64,000 nt of DNA from a virus (taxonomy: Duplodnaviria > Caudoviricetes): positions 1 through 64,000 of the IMG/VR virus record IMGVR_UViG_3300028888_000093. One strand, given 5' to 3'. Under the pieces are notes generated by a model. That model ran no database searches. It saw nothing but the letters and a program-made list of their open reading frames with translations, and was not told the origin of the DNA. Positions 17,898-28,300 of the stretch are shown piece by piece; the stretch's first letter is position 1; every line of letters starts with the position of its first letter. Made by a program: the position numbers and the translations under genes.

Positions 17898-19298
17898 ATG
17901 AAAACATTTGGCGTATACATGATAGTGAAAAACGAGGAAAAATACATAAAACGTGGCCTTGAATCGTTTTTAAAGTGTGCTGATGAAGTGGTTGTCGTAG
18001 ACACTGGTAGTTCTGACAACACGAAAAAGGAGATTGAGTCGTTGCATTCTGACAAGGTGAAACTGTATGACATGGAATGGCCTTTCGACTTTTCAAAAGC
18101 CAGAAACTATGCAATGTCTTTGATAACAAGTGATTTTGTCCTGTCCATGGATGGGGATGAGTATTTTGAAGAAAAATTAATTGAAACATTTATAAGACTG
18201 AAGAAAAACGATTTCAACGGATGCAATTATATCGAACTGAACCTTGAAAATTTTTCAGAAGGCAAGAGTTACGGTATAAGGCATGGCGAACGTGTTGTTG
18301 TGGCAAAAACAGCAAAACCAGAATACAGATATTGTGTACATGAGAAAATTTATTGCAAAGAGCCGATTGTGAAATACAACATGCATATATCGGAAGGAAA
18401 GATTATACATACGCACGATGGTAATTTGTGGGGCAGTTTTGATACATACAGGCAAATGTATTACAATGATTTAAACAACATCGTATCTTGGGATTATGCA
18501 AGAAAGTCACACTATTGGTATTATCTTTATTACACAATGCAGCCAATTGACAGTCCGCTTGCATTATGGGCGTTATCCAGGTGTTATTGTCCTTATTTCA
18601 ACAAAGGTGATTATGATTATAGAGTTGAATTGAAGAATTCTGGCACATTATCAAACGATGACTTCATGGCCCTTGTTATGGTTAACTTGACGACACCAAG
18701 TGAGGAAGATTGCCAACTTATTTCACAGATATATAATACAGTTGACATAAATTCAAATTCATTTGAAATATTCAGTAATTTCATTAAAGAAAATTACAAT
18801 AAGGAAGGGCTTGACGGTGCAATGAAAAAGTTTTTCGAATCATATTGCCTGAAAACATATAACAATATGAATGTTTTGAAATACATCGGTTTGACTGATG
18901 ATTTTATAAAAAAGTTTCCAGACAACAAAATAGCAATACACAACAATAAATGGAATTCAGAAACACTTATACCGAGAATTAACAAAACCGTGTGTGTGAT
19001 ACATGAAAACAACCTTGCACCATCTGTCATATATTATGCTGCAAGATGCTTCTATCACATTGTCGTTTTCAATGACGGGAACGAACATGAAAACAGCATT
19101 TCGTATTCAAAGGTAAAAAGATGTTATTCTAATAGTGAAATCGATGAATACACAAAAATGCACAACCTGACAATCACACTTGAAATAACCCCGAACAAAC
19201 CGATATATCTGGATGGGTTTTCAGGCATATTTAACACGTGGTTGAAATCCGACAATTATTCGGATGAAACGTTCAAGATATTTAAAAAATATAATTAA
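17898..19298 (+). CDS. Glycosyltransferase, GT2 (beta-1,4-glucosyltransferase-like subfamily)
   Basis: MIVKNEEKYI, VVDTGSSDNT, DFSKARN, MDGDE, VHE. Confidence 0.88.
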   Translation: MKTFGVYMIVKNEEKYIKRGLESFLKCADEVVVVDTGSSDNTKKEIESLHSDKVKLYDMEWPFDFSKARNYAMSLITSDFVLSMDGDEYFEEKLIETFIRLKKNDFNGCNYIELNLENFSEGKSYGIRHGERVVVAKTAKPEYRYCVHEKIYCKEPIVKYNMHISEGKIIHTHDGNLWGSFDTYRQMYYNDLNNIVSWDYARKSHYWYYLYYTMQPIDSPLALWALSRCYCPYFNKGDYDYRVELKNSGTLSNDDFMALVMVNLTTPSEEDCQLISQIYNTVDINSNSFEIFSNFIKENYNKEGLDGAMKKFFESYCLKTYNNMNVLKYIGLTDDFIKKFPDNKIAIHNNKWNSETLIPRINKTVCVIHENNLAPSVIYYAARCFYHIVVFNDGNEHENSISYSKVKRCYSNSEIDEYTKMHNLTITLEITPNKPIYLDGFSGIFNTWLKSDNYSDETFKIFKKYN

Positions 19299-19306
19299 AA
19301 GCTATT

Positions 19307-20110
19307 ATGAAAAATAACAATAATTTAGACATATTTGTGTTTTGTGACAGGCAATTTGAAATATGCCCCAAAAATCCATGTTATAAATTGGTTTCAATGG
19401 ATGATTTTGAAAATGATTCAAAACTGGAAAAGGTTATATGCCCGATTGATTCACATCCATTGATGAAAATGAACCATTCTTATTCGGAGGCTTGCAGGAT
19501 AAAGTGGCTGAGGGACAACTATCCGTTGAAGGATTATGTTGGTACAAACCATTATAGGAGATTTTTTGAGTTCTTCGATGATATTCCAGATATGGATGAG
19601 ATTTTTGAAGAGCATGATGCAATATTGCCGAATTTCAACTTGCCATATAAAAGTATAATAGACCATTATAAAACGGTTCATAATATTGATGATTTGAATC
19701 TTGTTTTGGAAATAATAAAGAAACACTTTACTGAATATTATGATACGGCAATTGATGTATTAAACAAGAAACATTTTGTTCCATGCAACATTTTCATAAT
19801 GAAAAGGGAAAACTTCATTGAAATGTGCGACTTCATGTTCGGTGTTTTGGAAAAATACGATGAATTATTTGGTTTTAAAACCGATTTGGATGTTTATAAC
19901 CATGTTGTGAATAATCTTGCAAAATATCGTGGCGACACAACATATCAATCAAGGATTCAAGCCTTTTTAAGTGAAAGGTTGTCATTTATTTATTATATGA
20001 CAAAATTGAAGAATCCGTTATATGTGGACATGGTTTTAACCGAGGTACACGCTGATTTCGAAAGAGAATGGTTTAAGTTGTACAATAATGACGAAAACAA
20101 GAATCAATGA
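19307..20110 (+). CDS. DUF4422-family glycosyltransferase (putative galactofuranosyltransferase)
   Basis: YSE, DYVGTNHYRRFF, CNIFIMKRE, CDFMFGVL, RIQAFLSERL. Confidence 0.85.
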   Translation: MKNNNNLDIFVFCDRQFEICPKNPCYKLVSMDDFENDSKLEKVICPIDSHPLMKMNHSYSEACRIKWLRDNYPLKDYVGTNHYRRFFEFFDDIPDMDEIFEEHDAILPNFNLPYKSIIDHYKTVHNIDDLNLVLEIIKKHFTEYYDTAIDVLNKKHFVPCNIFIMKRENFIEMCDFMFGVLEKYDELFGFKTDLDVYNHVVNNLAKYRGDTTYQSRIQAFLSERLSFIYYMTKLKNPLYVDMVLTEVHADFEREWFKLYNNDENKNQ

Positions 20111-20982
20111 AACTTATAGGATACACATGTACTTACAATGAAGCCAAGATGGTGAAATATGTCATGCCGTATGTCGAAAGAATGGGTTATGACAAATTTA
20201 TTGTTTATGATAACGAATCGACTGATGAAACAGTTGAATTGTTAAAAAAATATAATTTTGTTGAGATACGTACATGGAAAAGAACCGACAAAACCTTGTG
20301 TGGTGATAAGTTGGTATTACAAAAACTAGCATATAAAGAAGTTTCTGATATGGCCAAAATAGGAACAGAAAACGAGGAGCTTATATGGTATTCATGGACA
20401 GATTTTGATGAGGTGATATACTGTTCCTGTGGAATGAATTGTAAAAGAACACTTAAGTCGTTGTACGAATATGAACATTATAATTGTTTTGATGGCAGAA
20501 TGTTAAACCTTGTATGCTTTAGTGATTTGAGTATAAATGAAACATTGGCGCACACGTGGCCAGAAAGCAGGTTGTCGTGGTGTGGCCCGTCCTGGTCAAA
20601 ACCTTTGTTGGTTGCTGTAAATGATTTTGAAAACATCGAGTTTATTGATGGAAACCACTGTATGTTCGTAAAACCAAAACAAGGGAAAGAGGTTAGAAGT
20701 TTATCCAACACAATGTGGTTTCATTCATTCCATTTGAAATATGTAAACAAGGACATACACGCAAACAGGGATTCTTTCAGGAAAAGCTATGGAAGTGTCG
20801 AGGACAATGACATATATGAAAATTCGGTTGTTGCATCGTCATTTCCTACGGAGATGTATTTTGCATTGAGCGGCTTTTTCAGTGAGGACAAAAGCGAAAC
20901 ATTATGGTGGGAGAAATGCAGGGATACCAATGACAGAGTACAAATGTTTTCGAGATTTTCAAACAAAAACAAGTTAAAGTAA
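20107..20982 (+). CDS. GT-A fold glycosyltransferase (GT2-like)
   Basis: CTYNEA, IVYDNESTDET, TDFDE, HSFHLKY. Confidence 0.78.
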   Translation: MKLIGYTCTYNEAKMVKYVMPYVERMGYDKFIVYDNESTDETVELLKKYNFVEIRTWKRTDKTLCGDKLVLQKLAYKEVSDMAKIGTENEELIWYSWTDFDEVIYCSCGMNCKRTLKSLYEYEHYNCFDGRMLNLVCFSDLSINETLAHTWPESRLSWCGPSWSKPLLVAVNDFENIEFIDGNHCMFVKPKQGKEVRSLSNTMWFHSFHLKYVNKDIHANRDSFRKSYGSVEDNDIYENSVVASSFPTEMYFALSGFFSEDKSETLWWEKCRDTNDRVQMFSRFSNKNKLK

Positions 20983-20988
20983 TATAGG

Positions 20989-21786
20989 ATGGATGTTGTT
21001 ATAAACATAAGCGGAAGATTGGGAAATGTCATGTTCCAACTGGCACAAGGTTATGAATACTCAAAACTTGTGAATGGAAAAACATATGTTTACTTTGAAG
21101 ACAAACAATGGGAAAAACATTATGACACATATGATATTTTGCATGTATTTCCAAAATACACAGGTAGTTTTGACAATTTCGTCCAGCTCAGAGAACATAT
21201 CTACATGTGGCCAACTTTTTTTCCATTAATATATAACAAAAACGTTTTTTTGTATGGTTGTTTTGAATCGGAAGACTTTCATCCAAATAATTTATTTGTA
21301 AGGGATTTATTTTCAATTCCAGATGAAATGTTATTGAAAATCAGAAAGAAATATAAAAACATAGACAACTGTGTCGGTATAAGTGTAAGACGTGGAGATT
21401 ATTTGACTTTATCAGATGCGTTTTACGTACCAAAAATAGAATGGTATTTCAATGTTTATAAGAAATATTTTGACGGAATGCAAGCTATCGTGTTTTCCGA
21501 TGACATTGAATATTGCAAACGAAATTTAAAAAGTGAAAACTTTTTATTTTATGAAAATTCATGCACAGACGACGGGGTGTTTCATAACCCTATGGAAAAT
21601 CTTATAACGCTTGCAATGTGTAAGCATCACATATGCAGTGATAGCACGTTTTCATGGTGGGGTGCGAAGTTACTGGAAAGAGAAGATTCAATAAATATAT
21701 TTCAGGACAAACGTTTTAAAAACGGTAGGTTTGAAAAAAATTATATACCAGACAGATGGACAAAAGAGCCCTGTATTTTTGAATAA
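20989..21786 (+). CDS. GT11 alpha-1,2-fucosyltransferase-like protein
   Basis: GRLGNVMFQ, SVRRGDY (His of HxRRxD replaced by Ser), VFSDD, STFSWWGA. Confidence 0.9.
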   Translation: MDVVINISGRLGNVMFQLAQGYEYSKLVNGKTYVYFEDKQWEKHYDTYDILHVFPKYTGSFDNFVQLREHIYMWPTFFPLIYNKNVFLYGCFESEDFHPNNLFVRDLFSIPDEMLLKIRKKYKNIDNCVGISVRRGDYLTLSDAFYVPKIEWYFNVYKKYFDGMQAIVFSDDIEYCKRNLKSENFLFYENSCTDDGVFHNPMENLITLAMCKHHICSDSTFSWWGAKLLEREDSINIFQDKRFKNGRFEKNYIPDRWTKEPCIFE

Positions 21787-21863
21787 CAAAAAAATAAAAA
21801 AATATGAATATATCAACGCTATCGCTTGTTGTTTGGATTATGACAGTATTGGAAGGTGATTAG

Positions 21864-21892
21864 TTGACAAATTTTATGAAATTGATTATTTT
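21864..21892 (+). promoter_or_regulatory. sigma70-type promoter TTGACA-N17-TATTTT
   Basis: Upstream of the epimerase; a late-motif variant TTATTTAT also lies at 21910-21917. Confidence 0.5.
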
Positions 21893-21937
21893 TTGTTTAA
21901 AATAAACAATTATTTATAGAATTTAAGATTTATACAC

Positions 21938-22939
21938 ATGAGGAAAAGCATACTTATCACAGGAAACGCAGGGCTTATAGGTTCAAGAATGGCTGATTGG
22001 ATTTTGGAAAACTATCCAGAATATGAAGTTGTTGGTATTGACGACCTTTCTGGCGGATATATTGAAAATGTCAACGAAAAGGTTGTTTTCTATCAACGAG
22101 ACTTGTCCAAGGATAACATAAAGGACATATTTGACAAACACGAATTCGAATATGTATACCATTTCGCTTGTTATGCCGCTGAGGGATTGTCACCGTTCAT
22201 GCGTATGTTCAATGACAGAAACAACATGCTTTCAACTGACAATATTATCAATGAATGCATTATGCATGATGTCAAGAGACTTATATACACTTCATCAAAC
22301 AGCGTTTACGGTTGGGGAATAAAACCTGGTGAGAGATTTGACGAGAACGACACACCAATGCCAATTGACCCGTATGGCGTTTCAAAGTATGCTTGCGAAC
22401 TTAACATAAAAAGCGCTGGTGAACAGCACGGTCTTGATTGGTGCATCATACGACCGCACAATGTGGCTGGAATCGGACAAAATTTGTGGGATATGTACAG
22501 AAATGTGATTGGAATTTGGATGTACCAGATATTGAACAATGAACCAATGTTAATTTACGGCGATGGAGAACAGACAAGGGCGTTTAGTTGTATTGACGAT
22601 TGTCTTGAACCATTCTGGAATGCGGCTGTATATGAAAAAGCTTCAAAACAGATAATCAATGTAGGTGGAACCGTAGCATATTCAATCAACGAGGTTGCAA
22701 ACATGTTGTCTGATATCACAAATTACAAAAACCACAAACATGTCGAGCCACGTCATGAAGTCAAACATGCAATACCACGCCATCAAAAATCCATTGACAT
22801 TCTAGGATATAAGGATAAAACACCAATACAGGAGTGGTTGAAAACCATGTGGGAATGGGCCAAGAAGCAACCAATGCGTAAAAGAATGAAGTGGGACAAC
22901 TATGAAATAACAAAAGGAATATATGAATATTGGAAATAA
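21938..22939 (+). CDS. NAD-dependent nucleotide-sugar epimerase/dehydratase
   Basis: GNAGLIG, IDDLSGG, TSS, YGVSK, RPHNV, GDGEQTRAF. Confidence 0.93.
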   Translation: MRKSILITGNAGLIGSRMADWILENYPEYEVVGIDDLSGGYIENVNEKVVFYQRDLSKDNIKDIFDKHEFEYVYHFACYAAEGLSPFMRMFNDRNNMLSTDNIINECIMHDVKRLIYTSSNSVYGWGIKPGERFDENDTPMPIDPYGVSKYACELNIKSAGEQHGLDWCIIRPHNVAGIGQNLWDMYRNVIGIWMYQILNNEPMLIYGDGEQTRAFSCIDDCLEPFWNAAVYEKASKQIINVGGTVAYSINEVANMLSDITNYKNHKHVEPRHEVKHAIPRHQKSIDILGYKDKTPIQEWLKTMWEWAKKQPMRKRMKWDNYEITKGIYEYWK

Positions 22940-23226
22940 TGAAACAAAAATTTGGAAATATGAGCGATAAAGATAAACTTTTATTAATTTTTTATGTTGG
23001 TCTGAAACATATTCGACAAGAAGAAAGACCAGCTTATTTCAATGAAATATCACAATGTTTTATTAATGCATTTGACAAAACAATAAAACCTATATTGATA
23101 GCGGATGTTAAATCTGACAAGACAAAAGTTGAATGTATTAATCCGAAACTTATTACAGAAGATGAGTATGTCAAAGTGCAAGAAATAATAGACAAGGCTA
23201 ATTACTTTGTTGAAAAGCTAAAATAG
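22939..23226 (+). CDS. Hypothetical protein
   Basis: TAATG overlap with the epimerase stop codon; 95 aa. Confidence 0.7.
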   Translation: MKQKFGNMSDKDKLLLIFYVGLKHIRQEERPAYFNEISQCFINAFDKTIKPILIADVKSDKTKVECINPKLITEDEYVKVQEIIDKANYFVEKLK

Positions 23227-23235
23227 AATATAGGC

Positions 23236-23745
23236 ATGAATAAAATAACAGAAAGAGAAGTAGAACAGTATAAAAGGCTCACACAATTATTTGAAAAATA
23301 TAAAGGCTATAAATTCAATCCGTTTGACAAGGTTCTTATATTTTTCAAAACCAGAGGTGTTTCTAATGAGTTTACAATAGTTCCGCATATTGTGTGGTAC
23401 TATGACAAAGAAGAAAGCAAGCACGTTTTATATGACCCAACAATAAGGTTTACAGCTAGTAGTCTTATTCCGTTTGACGGAAACGAGGAGTTTATCGGAT
23501 TTAAAGGTGATACCAGTGTTGTGTCTGAAATAAAGGCTGAATTGGAAGCCACAAAAGAACCGTCGCCACTAACAGTAAAGCTTTGTGTTGTAGCTGATTA
23601 TTTAAAAAAGGAAAGTGACAAAATGTTTAAGCGTCATTACGATTATGAAATGGGTAAAGTTAAATTGACAGAAAAAGATGTCAGAGATTGGTTGGATAAA
23701 ATAAAGTCCCAATGTGAAGTAATGCGTGGCGTTGGTGATGAATAA
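23236..23745 (+). CDS. Hypothetical protein
   Basis: 169-aa ORF followed by a terminator. Confidence 0.75.
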   Translation: MNKITEREVEQYKRLTQLFEKYKGYKFNPFDKVLIFFKTRGVSNEFTIVPHIVWYYDKEESKHVLYDPTIRFTASSLIPFDGNEEFIGFKGDTSVVSEIKAELEATKEPSPLTVKLCVVADYLKKESDKMFKRHYDYEMGKVKLTEKDVRDWLDKIKSQCEVMRGVGDE

Positions 23746-23752
23746 AAATTTT

Positions 23753-23782
23753 AAACGGGCATTAACAGTCCGTTTTTGTTTT
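23753..23782 (+). terminator. Intrinsic terminator
   Basis: AAACGGGC-loop-GTCCGTTT plus T tract, followed by possible promoter TTGACT-N17-TATTTT (23787-23815). Confidence 0.7.
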
Positions 23783-23859
23783 ATGGTTGACTATATGTCT
23801 TTATTTTTTTATTTTCATTAATAATAAAAATTAATATTACATATACATATTTTTTTACT

Positions 23860-25368
23860 ATGGATGATAAAAAAATACAATTAAACTACAAACTACCAGA
23901 AGATTGCAAAAATAAATATTATGTTGTTCCAAGTGATGCATATTTTTGCACTGATAGAATTGCGAAACAGGCAATGCTTTGTGAAGAGCATGAAATAATA
24001 AAAAAGATTAAAAAAAATAAAGAAGGTTATTTTGATTTCAGAAAGACTTTGATTGATGTCGGAGCTGAAGATGGTAATTACTCAATGCTTCTTGATTTTA
24101 AAGAGAATTATTGTTTTGAGCCGAACAAGCACATGTGCTGTCTGATTTATACGAATATGTATATGAAAAACAAAGTTTGTAACACCCATGTATACAATTG
24201 CGGATGTGGTGACAAGGAGGAGGATGTTGTATTTAATGGCTTTTCTGAAATAGGTGGCGGAAATTATGGCGATAGTATGTCAAGGTTGTTAGATAAAAGC
24301 TATTCGACAATGCATAAAATGGTTATTGATGATTTAAAAATAAAAAATGTTGGCTTAATTAAAACAGATACGGAAGGCTTTGATTTGCAAGTATTGAAAG
24401 GCTCAATTCAAACAATAAAAGACAATAACTATCCACCAATATTGTTTGAATGTTGGAAAGTTGGTTATCTTGGTATGACACAAGAAAAGCACGATGAAAT
24501 TTTTGATTTTTTAAAGAAATTAGGTTACACAATATTCGAATATTGGGGTGATGATGAAACACATTTGGCAATACATAAAACACAAATTAAAAAAAAGAAA
24601 AAATATTCAATAGTGACATATAATTTTGGTGGGTATGAAACAATACATGAAATAAAAAACCCATCGTCTAATTGTGAATATGTATATATTACTGACGATA
24701 TAAATATTTCATCGCAAACATGGAACGTTGTATATGTAGATAAATTGCCTGGTGAAACAAATTTTGATGCTGTATGTAGAATTAGGTATGTTGATTTTTG
24801 GAAATATGTAACAACGGATGTTGTTATTAAAATTGACGGTAGCGTTTCGATAAACGGAGATACAGACGAACTATATAATGCTTTTATTTCAAGTAAATCA
24901 GAATTAGGCATTTTAATACACCCGTTTCATAAAACATTTTCAGAAGAATATGCTGTGTGGGTTGATAAGAGAGGATACAACAAGAGCCATGCTAAAGATA
25001 ATTTGAATTTTATTAAAAATGAGTTACAATATGATGCTGACAAAAAACGTGGTCTTGCACAAGTGAATGTTGTTATAGAAAAAAACACAAAAAACACAAT
25101 AGCATTGGACGTAATGACATATGGTATGTTAAGAATGATGAATGACGAACAAGTTGGTTTGTGTGAACGTATTGACCAGATAAATTATAGTTTGTGTTTG
25201 CAAAAGTTTTTTAAAAATATTAAATGTTTTTATATGGATTATAGCATATTAACTGGAAAACCATTTTATTGGTGTTCACATGGAACTAATATTCCAATGG
25301 AATTCGGTACAACGATTAGTGAAAACTTTTTCTTTGATAAAAAAATAGAAATACAATATAACAAATAA
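23860..25368 (+). CDS. FkbM-family methyltransferase fused to DUF616-like glycosyltransferase domain
   Basis: N-half IDVGAEDG, CFEPN, IKTDTEGFD..VLKG, ILFE. C-half IVTYNFGGYE, YITDD, KIDGS, HP, RIDQ. Confidence 0.8.
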   Translation: MDDKKIQLNYKLPEDCKNKYYVVPSDAYFCTDRIAKQAMLCEEHEIIKKIKKNKEGYFDFRKTLIDVGAEDGNYSMLLDFKENYCFEPNKHMCCLIYTNMYMKNKVCNTHVYNCGCGDKEEDVVFNGFSEIGGGNYGDSMSRLLDKSYSTMHKMVIDDLKIKNVGLIKTDTEGFDLQVLKGSIQTIKDNNYPPILFECWKVGYLGMTQEKHDEIFDFLKKLGYTIFEYWGDDETHLAIHKTQIKKKKKYSIVTYNFGGYETIHEIKNPSSNCEYVYITDDINISSQTWNVVYVDKLPGETNFDAVCRIRYVDFWKYVTTDVVIKIDGSVSINGDTDELYNAFISSKSELGILIHPFHKTFSEEYAVWVDKRGYNKSHAKDNLNFIKNELQYDADKKRGLAQVNVVIEKNTKNTIALDVMTYGMLRMMNDEQVGLCERIDQINYSLCLQKFFKNIKCFYMDYSILTGKPFYWCSHGTNIPMEFGTTISENFFFDKKIEIQYNK

Positions 25369-25379
25369 TAGAAATTACA

Positions 25380-28300
25380 ATGAAGACAGCAATTTGTTGT
25401 ATAGCTAAAATGGAAAACCACTACATAAGAGAGTGGGTGGAATGGTATAAAAACATAGGTGTTGACAATATTATTTTGTATGACAATAATGATATTGATG
25501 GTGAAAGGTTTGAGGATGTAATAGGTGATTATATAACAGACGGTTTTGTTATATTAAACAATGTTCGAGGTAAAGAAAAGTGGCAAATGCCATCATACCA
25601 AGATTGTTACGAAAAATATTCAAATAACTATGATTGGATAGGATTCTTTGATGCGGATGAATTTTTGGAATTTGATAACAACAAGACAATTTCCGATTTT
25701 CTTAATGAAGATATTTTTAAAGAAGCCGACTTTATAAAGGTCTGTTGGAAAAATTTCAGTGACAATGGTTTATTGTGTGTTGAAAATGAAAATTATTCAA
25801 TAAAACGATTCACAAAGGTTATTGAAGAAAAATCTCAGACATCATTTCTAGCCAATAGAAGCACTAAAATTATTATCAGAACAAAATTGCCAAATTTTCA
25901 TTTCTACATGGAGCCAGGTGGCCAGCACGGGTGGCACCTTCCATTCAATTCGGTTGATTGTCATGGTAATAAATGCAAAAACAACACACAAGTTATTAAT
26001 GATAGAATTTGGGATAATGCGTGGTTAAATCACTATAGGTTTAAAACAATTGAGGAATATTGTAAATATAAACTTGTTAGACTATATCCAGATGTTGATA
26101 AAGAGACTGGAAAATTATGGATGAATAAAAATGAATTTTTCGATTATAATGAGTGGACTCAAGAAAAAGAAGATTTATATAATGAAATTATGGATATAAA
26201 GGAACAAAAATTAGTATGTACGATTTTAAATTATAAACACGATGATAACGCATTGAGATTATATAATTCATTAAAAAATCGTTTTGTTACATATCTTATA
26301 GACACTAACTATATTGATAACGGCGGTAATTGTCCGTTTGATAAGAATGATGAACATGTTATTCTTGAGCATAATTTATATAATGGTGGCGGTTTTATTA
26401 AGGAATATGACATTTTATGTCAAGAAAACGGAAATGCTGTGTTTGAGATAAATTCAGATGTTGAGTTTGATGATGCTAATTTGAATAAACTGTTGGGTGT
26501 TATAAATGAAGTAAAAGACAACAAAAATATTGGTGTATGGGAACCATCAGCCAAACAAGGTTCCATGTGCAACGGTTCAACGCAGTTATTATTAACAAAT
26601 ATTCATCAGTATAATCAAGGAACCAATACGATGCGAAAAGTAAAGTGTGGTGAAGGTTGGTGTATGCTAGTAAAAAAAGAGGTTTTGGACAAAGTGATAC
26701 CGCATATAGATTATAAAGAAAACAAATACGGGTGGGGAGTTAATGATGCATATAATAGAGCGGCAAGAAAACTTGGTTTGGATGTTGTCATAGATGATAG
26801 GGTTATGGCTTATCACCCAGCTGGAACTGGTTATTCAAATCAAGAAGCCGCTGCTGAGTATGAGCGTTTTAAATTGAGGTTTCAAGAGTTGGGATTAGAT
26901 GAACCACAGCCAAAAACACCAAATGAAATAAAGACCTTGGTTTGTTGTATTGGAAAGAATGAGAACAAGTATGTCAGAAATTATGTTGAATGGTATAAGA
27001 ATCTTGGGGTAACACATATTTGTCTTTATGACAACAATGATGTTGATGGTGAGAGATTTGAAAGTGTAATCGGTGATTATATTGAAAGCGGGTATGTTGA
27101 ATTGGTTGATTTTCGTGGGAGAGAGGTTTGTCAATTGCAAGCATATACAGAATGTTACCACAACAATAAGAATGATTATGATTGGATAATGTTCATAGAT
27201 TGTGGTGATGAGTATTTAAAATTGAACAGATGCAGAACAATTGGTGAGTATTTAGCAATGCCACAGTTTGTGAATTATGATATGATTCATGTAAATTTAA
27301 TGACGGTTGGTGACAATGATTCGACGGATGTTGACGATAGACCTTTATGGGAGAGATTCCCGAATCCAATACCTTTTGACAGGAAAATAGCATACAATTT
27401 CCCAGAAAATTGCCACGTTTCAAGTATAGTTAGGGGTGGTTTGGAAGACATTAAGTGGGAAGGAAACGGTTTTACACACACACCAAGCCCGAATAATCTT
27501 AGGTGTTGTAATAATGTCGGGTTCACATGTGATAGCAATTCTCCGTTTACGAACATTGATTATCAATTGGCTGAATTCAGACATTACACAACAAAAACAG
27601 CAAGAGAGTATTGTAACAAGATGAGAAGGGGTTTCCCAGACCAGAAGTGGGATGGTAGTAGAATACAAAACTTGATTGAAACAAGGTTCTTCAGAACAAA
27701 TGAAATAACAAAAGAGAAAGTCGATATATTCAAAGAAGAATTAGGAATCGATATGTCATATCTTTTACCTCATGTGTATGAAGGCCCTAAGAATGATGAT
27801 ATTAAAATTTATTCATTATGTTATGCTAAAAAGGATTTCAAATTTTTAGAAGACAGTGTTGTGACACCATTGCAAGTTGGCGCGGCAAACGGAACTGAAG
27901 TGTGTTCCTTGAAAGACAATGTTGGAGACAATATTTCAGACAAGAACTACCTTTATATTGAAAACACTGGTACGTATTGGATTTGGAAGAATGTACATGA
28001 TTGCAAATACAAGGGACAGATGCAATACAGAAGGCCTTTAAGCGGTGTTACTGAGGACATGGACTTTGACAAGGTTTTCGAGGATTATGATGTTATAACT
28101 TGTGAGCCATTTTATCATCCAGACCATAAGACGCCGACGGAAACAGAAAAAATGGTGATACCAGCCGACACGGTTGAACAAGGGTATGCTTTTTCAAATT
28201 GTATTGACGACCTTTTGATTTGCGAGATGGCAGTAAAGATGCTTTATCCAGAATATTCGGAGGATTGGGACAAATACATAAAGAATGGGTCGAATCTGTA

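Noticed and set aside
21804-21863. 19-codon micro-ORF MNISTLSLVVWIMTVLEGD with an A-rich start context
   Set aside because: Too short to support without conservation or expression data.
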